NCBI GenBank assembly: GCA_964483405.1 | Contig: CAZABC010000002.1 | Coordinates: forward strand, 108,355 to 172,354 | Length of the DNA stretch: 64,000 nucleotides | Reading direction: 5' to 3' | Source of the DNA: an uncultured Anaerolineaceae bacterium | GTDB lineage: Bacteria; Chloroflexota; Limnocylindria; Limnocylindrales; CSP1-4 | In this document: positions 48,810-57,242 of the stretch, piece by piece | Layout: every line of letters starts with the position of its first letter | Numbering within the stretch: the first letter of the stretch is position 1 | Made by a program: the position numbers and the translations under genes | The notes under the pieces: model-generated | Seen by the model: the letters and a program-made list of their open reading frames with translations, nothing else | The model's database searches: none | Told to the model about the DNA's origin: nothing

Positions 48810-49032
48810 CGCGGACCACCCTGCGCTCCATCGGGCAGCGCGCGTCGAGCATCGTGTGCGACAGGTCGCCGCAGCGAGCGCAGCGCGTCGCGCTCGAACC
48901 CGAGGCCGACGGTCGGGCGGCGTCGACGGCCGACCGGACCAGACGAGCGGCCGAGACCGCCACGGCCCCGGCGACAGCGCCGATCGGAGCCAGAACGGCG
49001 ATGCCGAGGAGGTCGCGGCGCGTGAGGGGCAT
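48799..49032 (-). CDS. Small twin-arginine protein with a C-x2-C-x4-H-x6-C motif
   Basis: MPLTRRDLLG, hydrophobic stretch, CARCGDLSHTMLDARC. GAGGTG RBS; the stop overlaps the start of the molybdoenzyme gene. Confidence 0.75.
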   Translation of the reverse strand: MPLTRRDLLGIAVLAPIGAVAGAVAVSAARLVRSAVDAARPSASGSSATRCARCGDLSHTMLDARCPMERRVVRDAA

Positions 49033-49092
49033 GGGATCACCTCGCCATCTAGTAGTCAGGTGGTATGTATTTCATCCCTCCCGCGCCGGTCG

Positions 49093-49114
49093 GGCATGTG
49101 CCGAATGTCATGCC
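49093..49114. promoter_or_regulatory. 22-bp imperfect palindrome between divergent promoters (possible CRP/FNR-family site)
   Basis: GGCATG-N10-CATGCC, containing TGTGC-N6-TCATG versus the CRP core TGTGA-N6-TCACA. Confidence 0.3.
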
Positions 49115-49165
49115 GTGGCCGGATGGCTGGACTACGATCGGGTCGCACCCGCACGGAGGATCACC

Positions 49166-49432
49166 ATGTCGCCACTCGATCCTGCCCTCGAGGCAGACCT
49201 CGCCGCCTGGCTCGTCCGGTACGACGCCGTCCTCCCCGAGCCAGGATCGGACAGCCTCGGTGGCGACGAGCGCGAGCTCATCCTGGACGTCGCCCGGATC
49301 GCCGCCCACCGCGGGGTCCGCGCCGCGGCGCCGGTGGCGACGTACCTCGCTGGGATGGCGGCCGCCGGACTGCCCGCCGACGAGCGGGTCGCGCGCCTGC
49401 GGGCACTGGTCGCGGCCCTCGACACCGACTGA
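49166..49432 (+). CDS. DUF6457-like small protein (often associated with MobA/molybdenum cofactor genes)
   Basis: ELILDVARIAAHRGVRAAAPVATYLAG; GGAGGA RBS; TACGAT -10 at 49133. Confidence 0.7.
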   Translation: MSPLDPALEADLAAWLVRYDAVLPEPGSDSLGGDERELILDVARIAAHRGVRAAAPVATYLAGMAAAGLPADERVARLRALVAALDTD

Positions 49433-49453
49433 CGTCGCGCGCCGGACCGGCCG

Positions 49454-50257
49454 TCAGCCATCCAGACGCAGGTTCAGCCCGATCACGAGGACGCCGAGCA
49501 GCGCGAGCAGGACGACCTCCCACAGCCAGCGCGGGTCCCGGCGTCGCGCCGGGGCGGTCCCGTGGAGCGTGTCCCAGAGGAAGAAGACGAGGGTCAGGAG
49601 CGCCGGTCCGACGAGGAGCGGCAGCGCGAGGGCCCGCGCCGCGCCGGCCGCGATGGCGACGACGACGGCATAGGTCACCGCCGACAGGGCCGCGTCCCGG
49701 ACGCTCGTGACGCGCAGCGCGACGACCCGATAGCCGAGCAGGAACGCCACCAGGGCGTCGACGGCGGCGAGGACCGCGACCCCCCCGCCGGTCAGGGGCT
49801 CGGGGCTCTCGGCGCCGGGGAGGACGAGGGCGCCGGGCACGGTCGCCGCGACCCCGGTGAAGGCGACGAAGGCGAGGATGAGCGCGAGCGACCGGACCCG
49901 GGCCCGGTCCTCCGGTCCAGGCAGGCCGACGGCCGAGACAAGACGGGTCTCGAGCGCCACGCTGCGCTCGACGAGGAGCCAGGTCAGCGCGAGCGCCGGC
50001 ACGAGGAAGAGGCCGACGGGAACGAGGCGGATCGCGCCGGCCGCGCCGACCGCGGCGACCGCCGGCAGGAGGAGCGACTCGATCGGGACGCCGCGGGGCT
50101 CGCCCTCGCCGATGACCTGGAGCGTCGCGAGCGCGACCCCGACGAGGAGGAGCGCGACCGAGGCCCACAGGAGCGGGCCATCGGCGACGCGGGTCAGCCC
50201 GACGATGCACGTGGCGAGCAGGGCGAGGTCGCGGCGTCCGACGCGGCGGGGATCCAT
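49454..50257 (-). CDS. Hypothetical polytopic membrane protein
   Basis: About eight hydrophobic segments; TACCAT 8 nt upstream of the ATG. Confidence 0.7.
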   Translation of the reverse strand: MDPRRVGRRDLALLATCIVGLTRVADGPLLWASVALLLVGVALATLQVIGEGEPRGVPIESLLLPAVAAVGAAGAIRLVPVGLFLVPALALTWLLVERSVALETRLVSAVGLPGPEDRARVRSLALILAFVAFTGVAATVPGALVLPGAESPEPLTGGGVAVLAAVDALVAFLLGYRVVALRVTSVRDAALSAVTYAVVVAIAAGAARALALPLLVGPALLTLVFFLWDTLHGTAPARRRDPRWLWEVVLLALLGVLVIGLNLRLDG

Positions 50258-50289
50258 CGCGCCGCATGGTACGCGAGCGCGTCGGGCGG

Positions 50290-52218
50290 CTACCGGGCGA
50301 GCCGCTCTGGCTTGGCGCCGACCCAGGCGAGGAGCTCGGCCCGCGAGCGCGTGTTGAGCACCGCGGACGGCTCGACCCACGCCCGTCGCGCCTGGCCCAC
50401 GCCGAACCACACGTCGCGGAGCTCCTCGGTCCGATGGGCGTCGGAGTCGATCGAGACGAGACAGCCCGCGGCGACGGCCCGCCGCGCCCGCTCGGCCGAG
50501 AGGTCGAGGCGGTGCGGCGAGCCGTTGATCTCGAGGACGGTGCCGGTCCGCGCGGCGGCGTCGACGACCGCGTCCCAGTCGAGGTCGAGGTCGTCGCGGC
50601 CCTGGATCATCCGCCCCGCCGGGTGGGCGATGACGTCGACGTGCGGGCTGCCGATCGCGCCGAGGACGCGGACGGTCAGCTGGGCCCGCGGCTGGCGTCG
50701 GCCGACGTGGAGCGAGGCGACGACGACGTCGAAGCGGGCGAGGACCTCGTCGGGGAGGTCGAGGGCGCCATCGGCCCGGATCTCGAGCTCGCAGCCGTGG
50801 AGCAGCCGGAAGCCCTCCGGGGGCGTCCCGGGCGGCGCCGTCCCCGCGTCCTCCTCGGCGGCGAACCGGGCATTGAGCGCGTCGACGATCGTCCGCTGCT
50901 CGGCGAAGCGAGCCGGGTCGAGCCCGCGGGCGATGCCGAGGCTCATCGTGTGGTCGGTCAGGACCTGGTAGGCGTAGCCCCGACGGCGCGCGGTCTCCGC
51001 CATCGCCTCGATCGGGTGGACCCCGTCGGTCCAGTCGGAGTGGCTGTGGAGATCGCCCCGGAGGTCCTCGACCCGGACGAGCGTCGGAAGGCGACCGGCC
51101 AGCGCCGCCTCGATCTCGCCGGCGTCCTCGCGGAGCTCGGGCTCGATGAACGGCAGGTCGAGGAACGCGTACGCCTCGGCCTCGGTCGCGAACGTCCGGA
51201 GCTCCGCGCCCGCGCCAGGGTCGGCGTCGTCCGGCCCGAGCCGGAGATAGCCGTGCTCGGACAGGCTCCAGCCGCGGTCGCGGGCCATCGCCCGGAGCCG
51301 GACGTTGTGCTCCTTGCTGCCGGTGAAGTGGATCCGATAGGTCCCGCCTGCGCCCGGCGGCATGATCATCAGGTCGACCTGGGGGCCGTCGCGCAGCGTG
51401 ACGGCGGCCTTGTGGCTGCCCGCCCCCAGGATGCCCTCGACGGCCGGCAGCGCCGTGAACGCGGCGACGAGGGCCGCCGGGTCGTCGGTCTCAGCGAGGA
51501 TGTCGAGGTCGCCGACGGTCTCCCGTCGACGCCGGTAGGACCCCGCGGCCTCGACCGACCGGACGCCGGGCACGGTCCGCAGCGTCGCGAGCAGGCCCCC
51601 CACGATCGCCTCGGCCCGGTCGAGGAGGAGCCGCCCGCCGCGGGCCTCGAGCGCGGCGATGCCGGCGAGGATCGACGCCTCCGACTTCGCCGAGAACCCC
51701 CGCACGCTCCGGATCCGGCCGGCCTCCGCCGCTCGACGCAGATCCTCGATCGACTCGACGCCGAGGACCTCGTGGACGAGCCGGACGGTCTTGGGACCGA
51801 CCCCCGGCACGCGCAGCAGGTCGATGAGCGTCGGCGGGATCTCCGCGCGGAGCCGCTCGTGGTAGGCGAGGCGGCCGGTCATCGCCAGCTCGGCGAGCTT
51901 GTCGTGGATCGCCCGGCCGACGCCGGGGATCTCGGGCGGACGGCCCTCGCGGTACAGCCGGGCCACGTCGTACGGGCTCCGTTCGATCGCGTCGGCGGCG
52001 CGGTGGTAGGCGACGGTCTTGAAGACGAGCTCGCCCTTGACCTCGAGGATGTCTCCGATCTCGTGGAAGATCCGCCCGAGGTCGGCGTTCGAGAGCGGCG
52101 GCGGCTCGGCGGTGCGGTCGGCGGCACGGTCGGCGGGCGGCTCGGCGGGCGGCTCGGCGGGTAGCTCGGCGGGCGGCTCGGCGGCGGTCGGCGGCGGGGC
52201 GGGCTTATCGTCGGCCAT
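50290..52218 (-). CDS. polX: DNA polymerase X family with PHP domain (polymerase/3'-5' exonuclease)
   Basis: HhH repeats, GSYRRRRETVGDLDIL, QVDL, FTGSKEHN, PHP GDLHSHSDWTDG...LTDH...IAHP...DSDAH. Confidence 0.95.
   Translation of the reverse strand: MADDKPAPPPTAAEPPAELPAEPPAEPPADRAADRTAEPPPLSNADLGRIFHEIGDILEVKGELVFKTVAYHRAADAIERSPYDVARLYREGRPPEIPGVGRAIHDKLAELAMTGRLAYHERLRAEIPPTLIDLLRVPGVGPKTVRLVHEVLGVESIEDLRRAAEAGRIRSVRGFSAKSEASILAGIAALEARGGRLLLDRAEAIVGGLLATLRTVPGVRSVEAAGSYRRRRETVGDLDILAETDDPAALVAAFTALPAVEGILGAGSHKAAVTLRDGPQVDLMIMPPGAGGTYRIHFTGSKEHNVRLRAMARDRGWSLSEHGYLRLGPDDADPGAGAELRTFATEAEAYAFLDLPFIEPELREDAGEIEAALAGRLPTLVRVEDLRGDLHSHSDWTDGVHPIEAMAETARRRGYAYQVLTDHTMSLGIARGLDPARFAEQRTIVDALNARFAAEEDAGTAPPGTPPEGFRLLHGCELEIRADGALDLPDEVLARFDVVVASLHVGRRQPRAQLTVRVLGAIGSPHVDVIAHPAGRMIQGRDDLDLDWDAVVDAAARTGTVLEINGSPHRLDLSAERARRAVAAGCLVSIDSDAHRTEELRDVWFGVGQARRAWVEPSAVLNTRSRAELLAWVGAKPERLAR
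52100..52183. repeat. 12-bp tandem repeat, 7 units, in the 5' end of polX
   Basis: GGCGGCTCGGCG and variants; encodes AEPP/AELP/ADRA units. Confidence 0.8.
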
Positions 52219-52243
52219 GGGGACCGATGGTACGCTCGGCGCG

Positions 52244-53149
52244 ATGTCGCACGTCCCGACGATCCACGTCGGCCGCTTCGAGATCGCGACGATCTGCGAG
52301 GGGTTCGCGCCGCTCGCCCTCGCCGACGAGCTGCCGGGGCAGGCGGTCGACTGGACGGCCGAGCGCCGCCGCCAGCCATGGGCGTTCCACGACGACGCCA
52401 CCTGGCCATGGCATGTCCATGCCTTCATCGTGCGGTCGGGCTCGACCGCCGTCCTCGTCGACACCGGCACGGGCGCATCGGGCCCGTACGTCCCGTGGGC
52501 GACTGCCGACCCGGAGGCCTGGGCCGGCGTCGACCCGGCGGACATCGCGCACGTCGTGCTGACCCACCTCCACGCGGACCATGCCGGCGGGGCGACCGTC
52601 CGCACCGCCGGCGGGGCGGCGGTCCGCACCGCCGGCGGGGGGACCGTCCGCATCGCCGCCGGGAGGATCGCCCGCAGCGCCGCCGATGCCGCCGCGACGG
52701 CCCCGCGCTTCCCGAACGCGACGGTCCACGTCCATCCGGCCGACTGGGCGTTCTTCGCCGACGCGGACGACGAGCAGGACTACGTCAGCCGGCAGGCGCT
52801 CCGCTCGGTCGAGACGGCCGGAGCGCTCGATCTCGACCCGCGCGACCGCGAGCTCGTCCCCGGGATCGCCGTGCGACACACGCCGGGTCACACGCCCGGC
52901 CACCGCAGCGTGGTCGTTCGCGACGGTGACGCCATCCTGCTGCTGGCAGGCGACCTCCTCCACCTGCCGACGCAGGCCGCCCGACCGTCCTGGCCGTCCA
53001 GCCATGACGAGGACCCGGCCGTCGGGGTGGTCTCCCGCGTCGCCCTCCTGCGTGAGGCGCGACACGGCAGGTGGCGGGTCGGCGTCCCGCACTTCGCTGC
53101 GCCGTTCGGGCGGGTCGGCGACAGGGGCTGGCGGAGCGACCCCGGCTGA
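52244..53149 (+). CDS. Metallo-beta-lactamase fold hydrolase (AHL-lactonase/MPH-like)
   Basis: VLVDTG, THLHADHAGG, TPGHTPGH, LAGDLLH. TACGCT 7 nt upstream of the ATG. Confidence 0.88.
   Translation: MSHVPTIHVGRFEIATICEGFAPLALADELPGQAVDWTAERRRQPWAFHDDATWPWHVHAFIVRSGSTAVLVDTGTGASGPYVPWATADPEAWAGVDPADIAHVVLTHLHADHAGGATVRTAGGAAVRTAGGGTVRIAAGRIARSAADAAATAPRFPNATVHVHPADWAFFADADDEQDYVSRQALRSVETAGALDLDPRDRELVPGIAVRHTPGHTPGHRSVVVRDGDAILLLAGDLLHLPTQAARPSWPSSHDEDPAVGVVSRVALLREARHGRWRVGVPHFAAPFGRVGDRGWRSDPG
52583..52678 (+). repeat. In-frame 24-bp tandem repeat (3 good units plus 1 degenerate) inside the MBL gene
   Basis: GCCGGCGGGGCGACCGTCCGCACC / GCCGGCGGGGCGGCGGTCCGCACC / GCCGGCGGGGGGACCGTCCGCATC, encoding AGGATVRT AGGAAVRT AGGGTVRI. 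Confidence 0.85.
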
Positions 53150-53542
53150 AGGTCGGGCCCGGTCCCGCGGGACGGTGGAGACGACACGGATGCGCCCACC
53201 GGAGCCCGGACGGGATCGATGCTCAACGCACTGACGACTGCATGGACAGCGCGTGCGGAAGGCGAGCACGACGCGCGCTCCCGCACGGCTTCGACCGAGT
53301 GATGCCGAATGCCGCGAGCGTGGGACGTCCGTGCAGGCGACGCCCGCAGCGACAAGGCTCGCCGGCGTCGCCACGTGGCAGCGACTGTCGTCGGCCATGA
53401 CCGTCCGGCGTCCATGCAGGCGACACGCGCGACCTCTGGCGCCGCGCGCGACCATCGGCCCCTCGCCGGACCCGGCGGGGCGGGGCGGAAGGCGGCCGTG
53501 CGGGGCGTCGGGTCCGATGGCGGCGCAACGGGGCGAGTCGGC

Positions 53543-53600
53543 GGGGCGCCGATCGGCACGCGCCGCCCGACGGGGCGCCGATCGGCACGCGCCGCCCGAC
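53543..53600. repeat. Perfect 29-bp tandem duplication in a convergent intergenic region
   Basis: GGGGCGCCGATCGGCACGCGCCGCCCGAC at 53543-53571 and 53572-53600. Confidence 0.9.
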
Positions 53601-53622
53601 GGCGCGGCCCGGGCCCCGGGGG

Positions 53623-55083
53623 TCAGCCGGCGATGACCCGGTCCCGACCGGCCTTCTTCGCCCGGTACAGCGCCTGGTCGGCCCGCTCCACCAGCCGGTC
53701 GATCGGTTCGTCGGGCACCTTCTGGACGGCGACGCCGACCGACACGGTCACGCGCGACACGCCGAAGGGCGCGAGGTCGAGCCGACCGACCGCGCCGCGG
53801 GCGCGCTCGCCGATCTCCGTCGCCACCTCGGCGGTCGGGTTGCGGAGCAGGACGACGAACTCCTCGCCCCCGTAGCGAGCCGGCACGTCGTCGTCGCGGA
53901 CGGCGGTCGCGATCGCCTGGGCGACGGCCCGCAGGACCTCGTCACCGGTCGCGTGGCCGTAGCGGTCGTTCAGCCGCTTGAAGTGGTCGATGTCGACCAT
54001 CATCACGCCGACCGCGTCTCGCGACCGACGCCGCCGGGCAAGGAGGCCGCAGAACTCGTCGAAGTAGCGACGGTTCGGCAGTCCGGTCAGCGCGTCGGTG
54101 CTCGCGCGGAGCTCGGCGGCCCGGTAGCCCTCCGCGCGGCCGAGGGCGATCGAGGCCTCTCCGGCCGCCTCGTCGAGGAAGCGGCGGGTCGCCGCCGGCC
54201 ACGGGCCGACCGTGCGCCTGGACAGGACGAGCGCGCCGACCACCGTCGCGTCGACGACGATCGGCGCCGAGAGCGTGTCGCGCAGCCCGTAGATCGACGC
54301 GACGCGGTCCGCCAGCCGGTCGGCGAGGCGGGCCGCTGCGACGGGGTCTCGCCCGCTGCCGGCCGGTCGCGCATGCCCGGGCCCACCGCGCCCTGCGCCG
54401 GCCCCGAGCGGTGGCCGTCCACCCGGCGCCCTCGCGGTGTCCGGCGATGCGGCGGCCTGAGCCGAGCGGTCCGTCGCCGGCGCGGCGCCCGCCGCCGTCC
54501 CGTCCGAGGTCGCGCCGGTCGCCGCCGCCGGCCAGGTCACCGCCGGTGCCGGCATGTCGACCTCGACATCGACCGGCACGGGCGCCCGCCGGCGGCCGGC
54601 GAGCTCGGCCGGGGTGAGTGGCGCCTCGATGTCCGTCAGCGGCAGGTTCGTCGTCGAGCTGGCCACGCCGGGGCGGGCGCTGACGAGCATCGCCTCGAGC
54701 CGGGCCGGGTCCGTCCGGCGCCGGACGACGACGACGTGATCGGCCTCGACCGTCGCCGCGAGCTCGCGGGCGATGGCTCCGACGATCGCGTCGGCCGACA
54801 GCGAGCGCGAGAGCCCGCGGACGAGCCGGGCGGTGCGCTCGGCCTCGCCCCGTCGGCGCGCCTCGAGCGCCCCGACCGCCCGGCGGTTCGCGACGGCGGC
54901 CGACCCGGCGACACCGATGAGCGCCAGGGCGAGCAGGTCTAGCGCGCTGGCGCCGCCCGAGAGACGGGCGAGGGTCAGGAGCCCCAGGACGGCGAGCGAG
55001 CCGACGAAGACCCACCAGCTCCGGCGGATCAGCAGGTCCTCCGGGCCGGTCGGGTCGTCGGGTTCGAGCGGGGGCGCCTCCAC
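53623..55083 (-). CDS. Membrane-anchored GAF-like plus GGDEF diguanylate cyclase
   Basis: Two N-terminal TMs, TDALTGLPNRRYF, DIDHFKRLNDRYGH, RDDD I-site, ARYGGEEF. Confidence 0.92.
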   Translation of the reverse strand: MEAPPLEPDDPTGPEDLLIRRSWWVFVGSLAVLGLLTLARLSGGASALDLLALALIGVAGSAAVANRRAVGALEARRRGEAERTARLVRGLSRSLSADAIVGAIARELAATVEADHVVVVRRRTDPARLEAMLVSARPGVASSTTNLPLTDIEAPLTPAELAGRRRAPVPVDVEVDMPAPAVTWPAAATGATSDGTAAGAAPATDRSAQAAASPDTARAPGGRPPLGAGAGRGGPGHARPAGSGRDPVAAARLADRLADRVASIYGLRDTLSAPIVVDATVVGALVLSRRTVGPWPAATRRFLDEAAGEASIALGRAEGYRAAELRASTDALTGLPNRRYFDEFCGLLARRRRSRDAVGVMMVDIDHFKRLNDRYGHATGDEVLRAVAQAIATAVRDDDVPARYGGEEFVVLLRNPTAEVATEIGERARGAVGRLDLAPFGVSRVTVSVGVAVQKVPDEPIDRLVERADQALYRAKKAGRDRVIAG

Positions 55084-55180
55084 GTCGGGGTCAAGGATGC
55101 GCCCGGCGCGGGGTGGCGTCCACTCGGGCCGACCGGTACCTCCGGCGACGGGCGACCGGTACTTCGGTACCGGGCGTGGC

Positions 55181-57103
55181 TCAGGCAGGCCCGGTCGCCG
55201 GTGCGACCACCCGGTCCCGGTCCCTCGTCGCCCGCCCGCGACGCGCCGTCGCCGCCGGTCGCTCGATCCCGTGGCCGCCCGTCCGCTTCACCCCGTACAG
55301 ACCGGCGTCGGCCGTGGCGATGAGCGCGGTCGCGGTGAGGCCGTCGTCGGGGCAGGTCGCGACGCCGATCGAGACGCCGATCGGCACGGCGCCGCGGCCC
55401 TCGGGCTGGAATGCCCGGTCGGCGAAGGCTCCGACGATGCGCTCGCCGACCCGGGCGGCGGCTGCAGCGTCGGTGTCGGGCAGGATGACCGCGAACTCGT
55501 CGCCGCCGTAGCGCGCCGGGACGTCGGACGCCCGGAGCGTCGAGCGGACGACATCGGCGACCCAGGTGAGGACGCGGTCGCCGACGATGTGGCCCAACGT
55601 GTCGTTGACGGCCTTGAACTCGTCCAGATCGAGCATCAGGACGCTGACCGGCGCGCGCGTCCGGCCGGCGCGGAGCAGCTCCTCGCCGAGGCGCTCGTGG
55701 AAGTAGCGGTGGTTGAAGAAGCCGGTCAGCGGATCGCGGTCGGCGAGATCGCGCGCCCGCTCGTACAGGATCGCGTTCTCGAGCGCGATCGCCGCCTCGT
55801 TCGCCATCGTCCGGACGAGACCGAGCTTGGGGCCCTCGAGGTCCAGCCGCTCGGTCCCGTAGAGCTCGACGAGCCCGATCGACTCGTCCTTGGCGACGAG
55901 GGGCAGCATGATCATCGTCCGCTGGCTGTGCCGGGCGAGATACGCCCGCTCGTGCGGGTCGGCCGCCGGGTCGTCGACCTGGACGACGACCTCCGCCTTG
56001 GTCTCGAGGACGCGGCGGGTCTCCGGATACTCGCCCAGGCCGAAGGCGTCCTGGATGTTCTCGGGCGACTCGACCGGGTAGTAGCCAACGGTCAGGACCC
56101 GGTCGCCCGCCCGGTCCCAGGTCGAGATCCCGCACTCGTCGGCGCCGACCGCCTCGGCGAGGTGGCGGGCCATCAACTCCCCGACCTGGCGCGGGTCGAG
56201 GCTCTTCGAGAGCGACGAGCTCATGTCGAGCAGGCTGCGGAGCTCGGCGGCGAGGCCCGACGTGCGGGTGACCAGCCGCGCCGTCTCGAGCGCCGTCGCC
56301 GCCTGGTCGGCGAGGATCGTCAGGAGCCGCAGGTCGTCCGGCTGGAACTGGTGGAGGCCGAGCTTGGAGAGCGTGATGACCCCGACGACCCGGTCGTCGT
56401 AGCGCATCGGCACGACGAGCATCGACTCGTCGACGTCCTCGGTACCCGGGATCGTCTGGCCGCGTGGATCGGTGTTCGCGTCGTCGATGAGCAGCGGGAC
56501 GCCGTGGAGGGCGACCCAGCCGGTGAAGCCCTGGCCGACCGTCGTCCTGAGCAGCTCGAGGTCGACGTCGTCGTACGCCCCGACCCGACCCTCGAAGGCG
56601 ATCGGGACGAGCTGGTCGGGCGGCTCGAGGGTGTAGACACGGGCGTTGTGGTAGTCGAGGATCCGGCCGGTCTCCTCGACGATCGCCCGGCCGACCGCCT
56701 CGACCGAGGGCGCCCGGCTCATCCGGGCGGACGCGGCCTGGAGGACCGCGAGGTGGCCGGTCTTGGCGTGGACCCGCCGGGCACCGAGTCGCCAGGCGAT
56801 GAACATCGCGCCGGCGATCGCCAGCGGCATGTCGAGGGTCAGGTCGAACTGCGGGTACTGGATGTGGTCGATGATCCAGGCGGCGGCCCCGATCCCCATC
56901 AGCACGATGCCACCGACGAGCCAGGCGTCCTTGATCAGCTCGAGGGCCCGCAGCAGGCCGGAGCGCCAGACGATCGCCCGCCCACGGGCACGGGCACGCT
57001 CCGCGCCCGAGGCGTGACCGGGCGGTGTCGCCGGCACGACCGCGGGCGCGACGGTCGCTCCTCCCGGGCTCGGCGCCGCGGGGCGGTCGATCTGCGCGCT
57101 CAT
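55181..57103 (-). CDS. Membrane-anchored GAF-GAF-GGDEF diguanylate cyclase
   Basis: Two TMs, GAF domains (ESMLVVPMRY...VGVITL; IMLPLVAK...IGLVEL), DPLTGFFNHRYF, RASD I-site, ARYGGDEF. Confidence 0.92.
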   Translation of the reverse strand: MSAQIDRPAAPSPGGATVAPAVVPATPPGHASGAERARARGRAIVWRSGLLRALELIKDAWLVGGIVLMGIGAAAWIIDHIQYPQFDLTLDMPLAIAGAMFIAWRLGARRVHAKTGHLAVLQAASARMSRAPSVEAVGRAIVEETGRILDYHNARVYTLEPPDQLVPIAFEGRVGAYDDVDLELLRTTVGQGFTGWVALHGVPLLIDDANTDPRGQTIPGTEDVDESMLVVPMRYDDRVVGVITLSKLGLHQFQPDDLRLLTILADQAATALETARLVTRTSGLAAELRSLLDMSSSLSKSLDPRQVGELMARHLAEAVGADECGISTWDRAGDRVLTVGYYPVESPENIQDAFGLGEYPETRRVLETKAEVVVQVDDPAADPHERAYLARHSQRTMIMLPLVAKDESIGLVELYGTERLDLEGPKLGLVRTMANEAAIALENAILYERARDLADRDPLTGFFNHRYFHERLGEELLRAGRTRAPVSVLMLDLDEFKAVNDTLGHIVGDRVLTWVADVVRSTLRASDVPARYGGDEFAVILPDTDAAAAARVGERIVGAFADRAFQPEGRGAVPIGVSIGVATCPDDGLTATALIATADAGLYGVKRTGGHGIERPAATARRGRATRDRDRVVAPATGPA

Positions 57104-57242
57104 GGCAGCCCGATCGTGGCAGCCGACGGCCCGATCGGACGCCCATCCGTGGTACCAGCCGTGGCGGGACCGTGGTACCCGCCGCGGCGCGCCGGAGGCG
57201 GGCGCCGCCGACCGGCGCCATGGGCCCCGGCCCGCAGGAGGG

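Noticed and set aside
52100-53600. CRISPR array or phase-variation tract among the short repeats
   Set aside because: The repeats are directly tandem with no unique spacers, two are in-frame coding repeats, and there are no cas genes.
53150-53622. tmRNA, SRP RNA, RNase P RNA or c-di-GMP riboswitch
   Set aside because: Hallmark motifs are absent (no tRNA-like ends, no CAGG...GGAA...AGCAG, no GAGGAAAGUCC). The region lies between two 3' ends, so a riboswitch has no gene to control.
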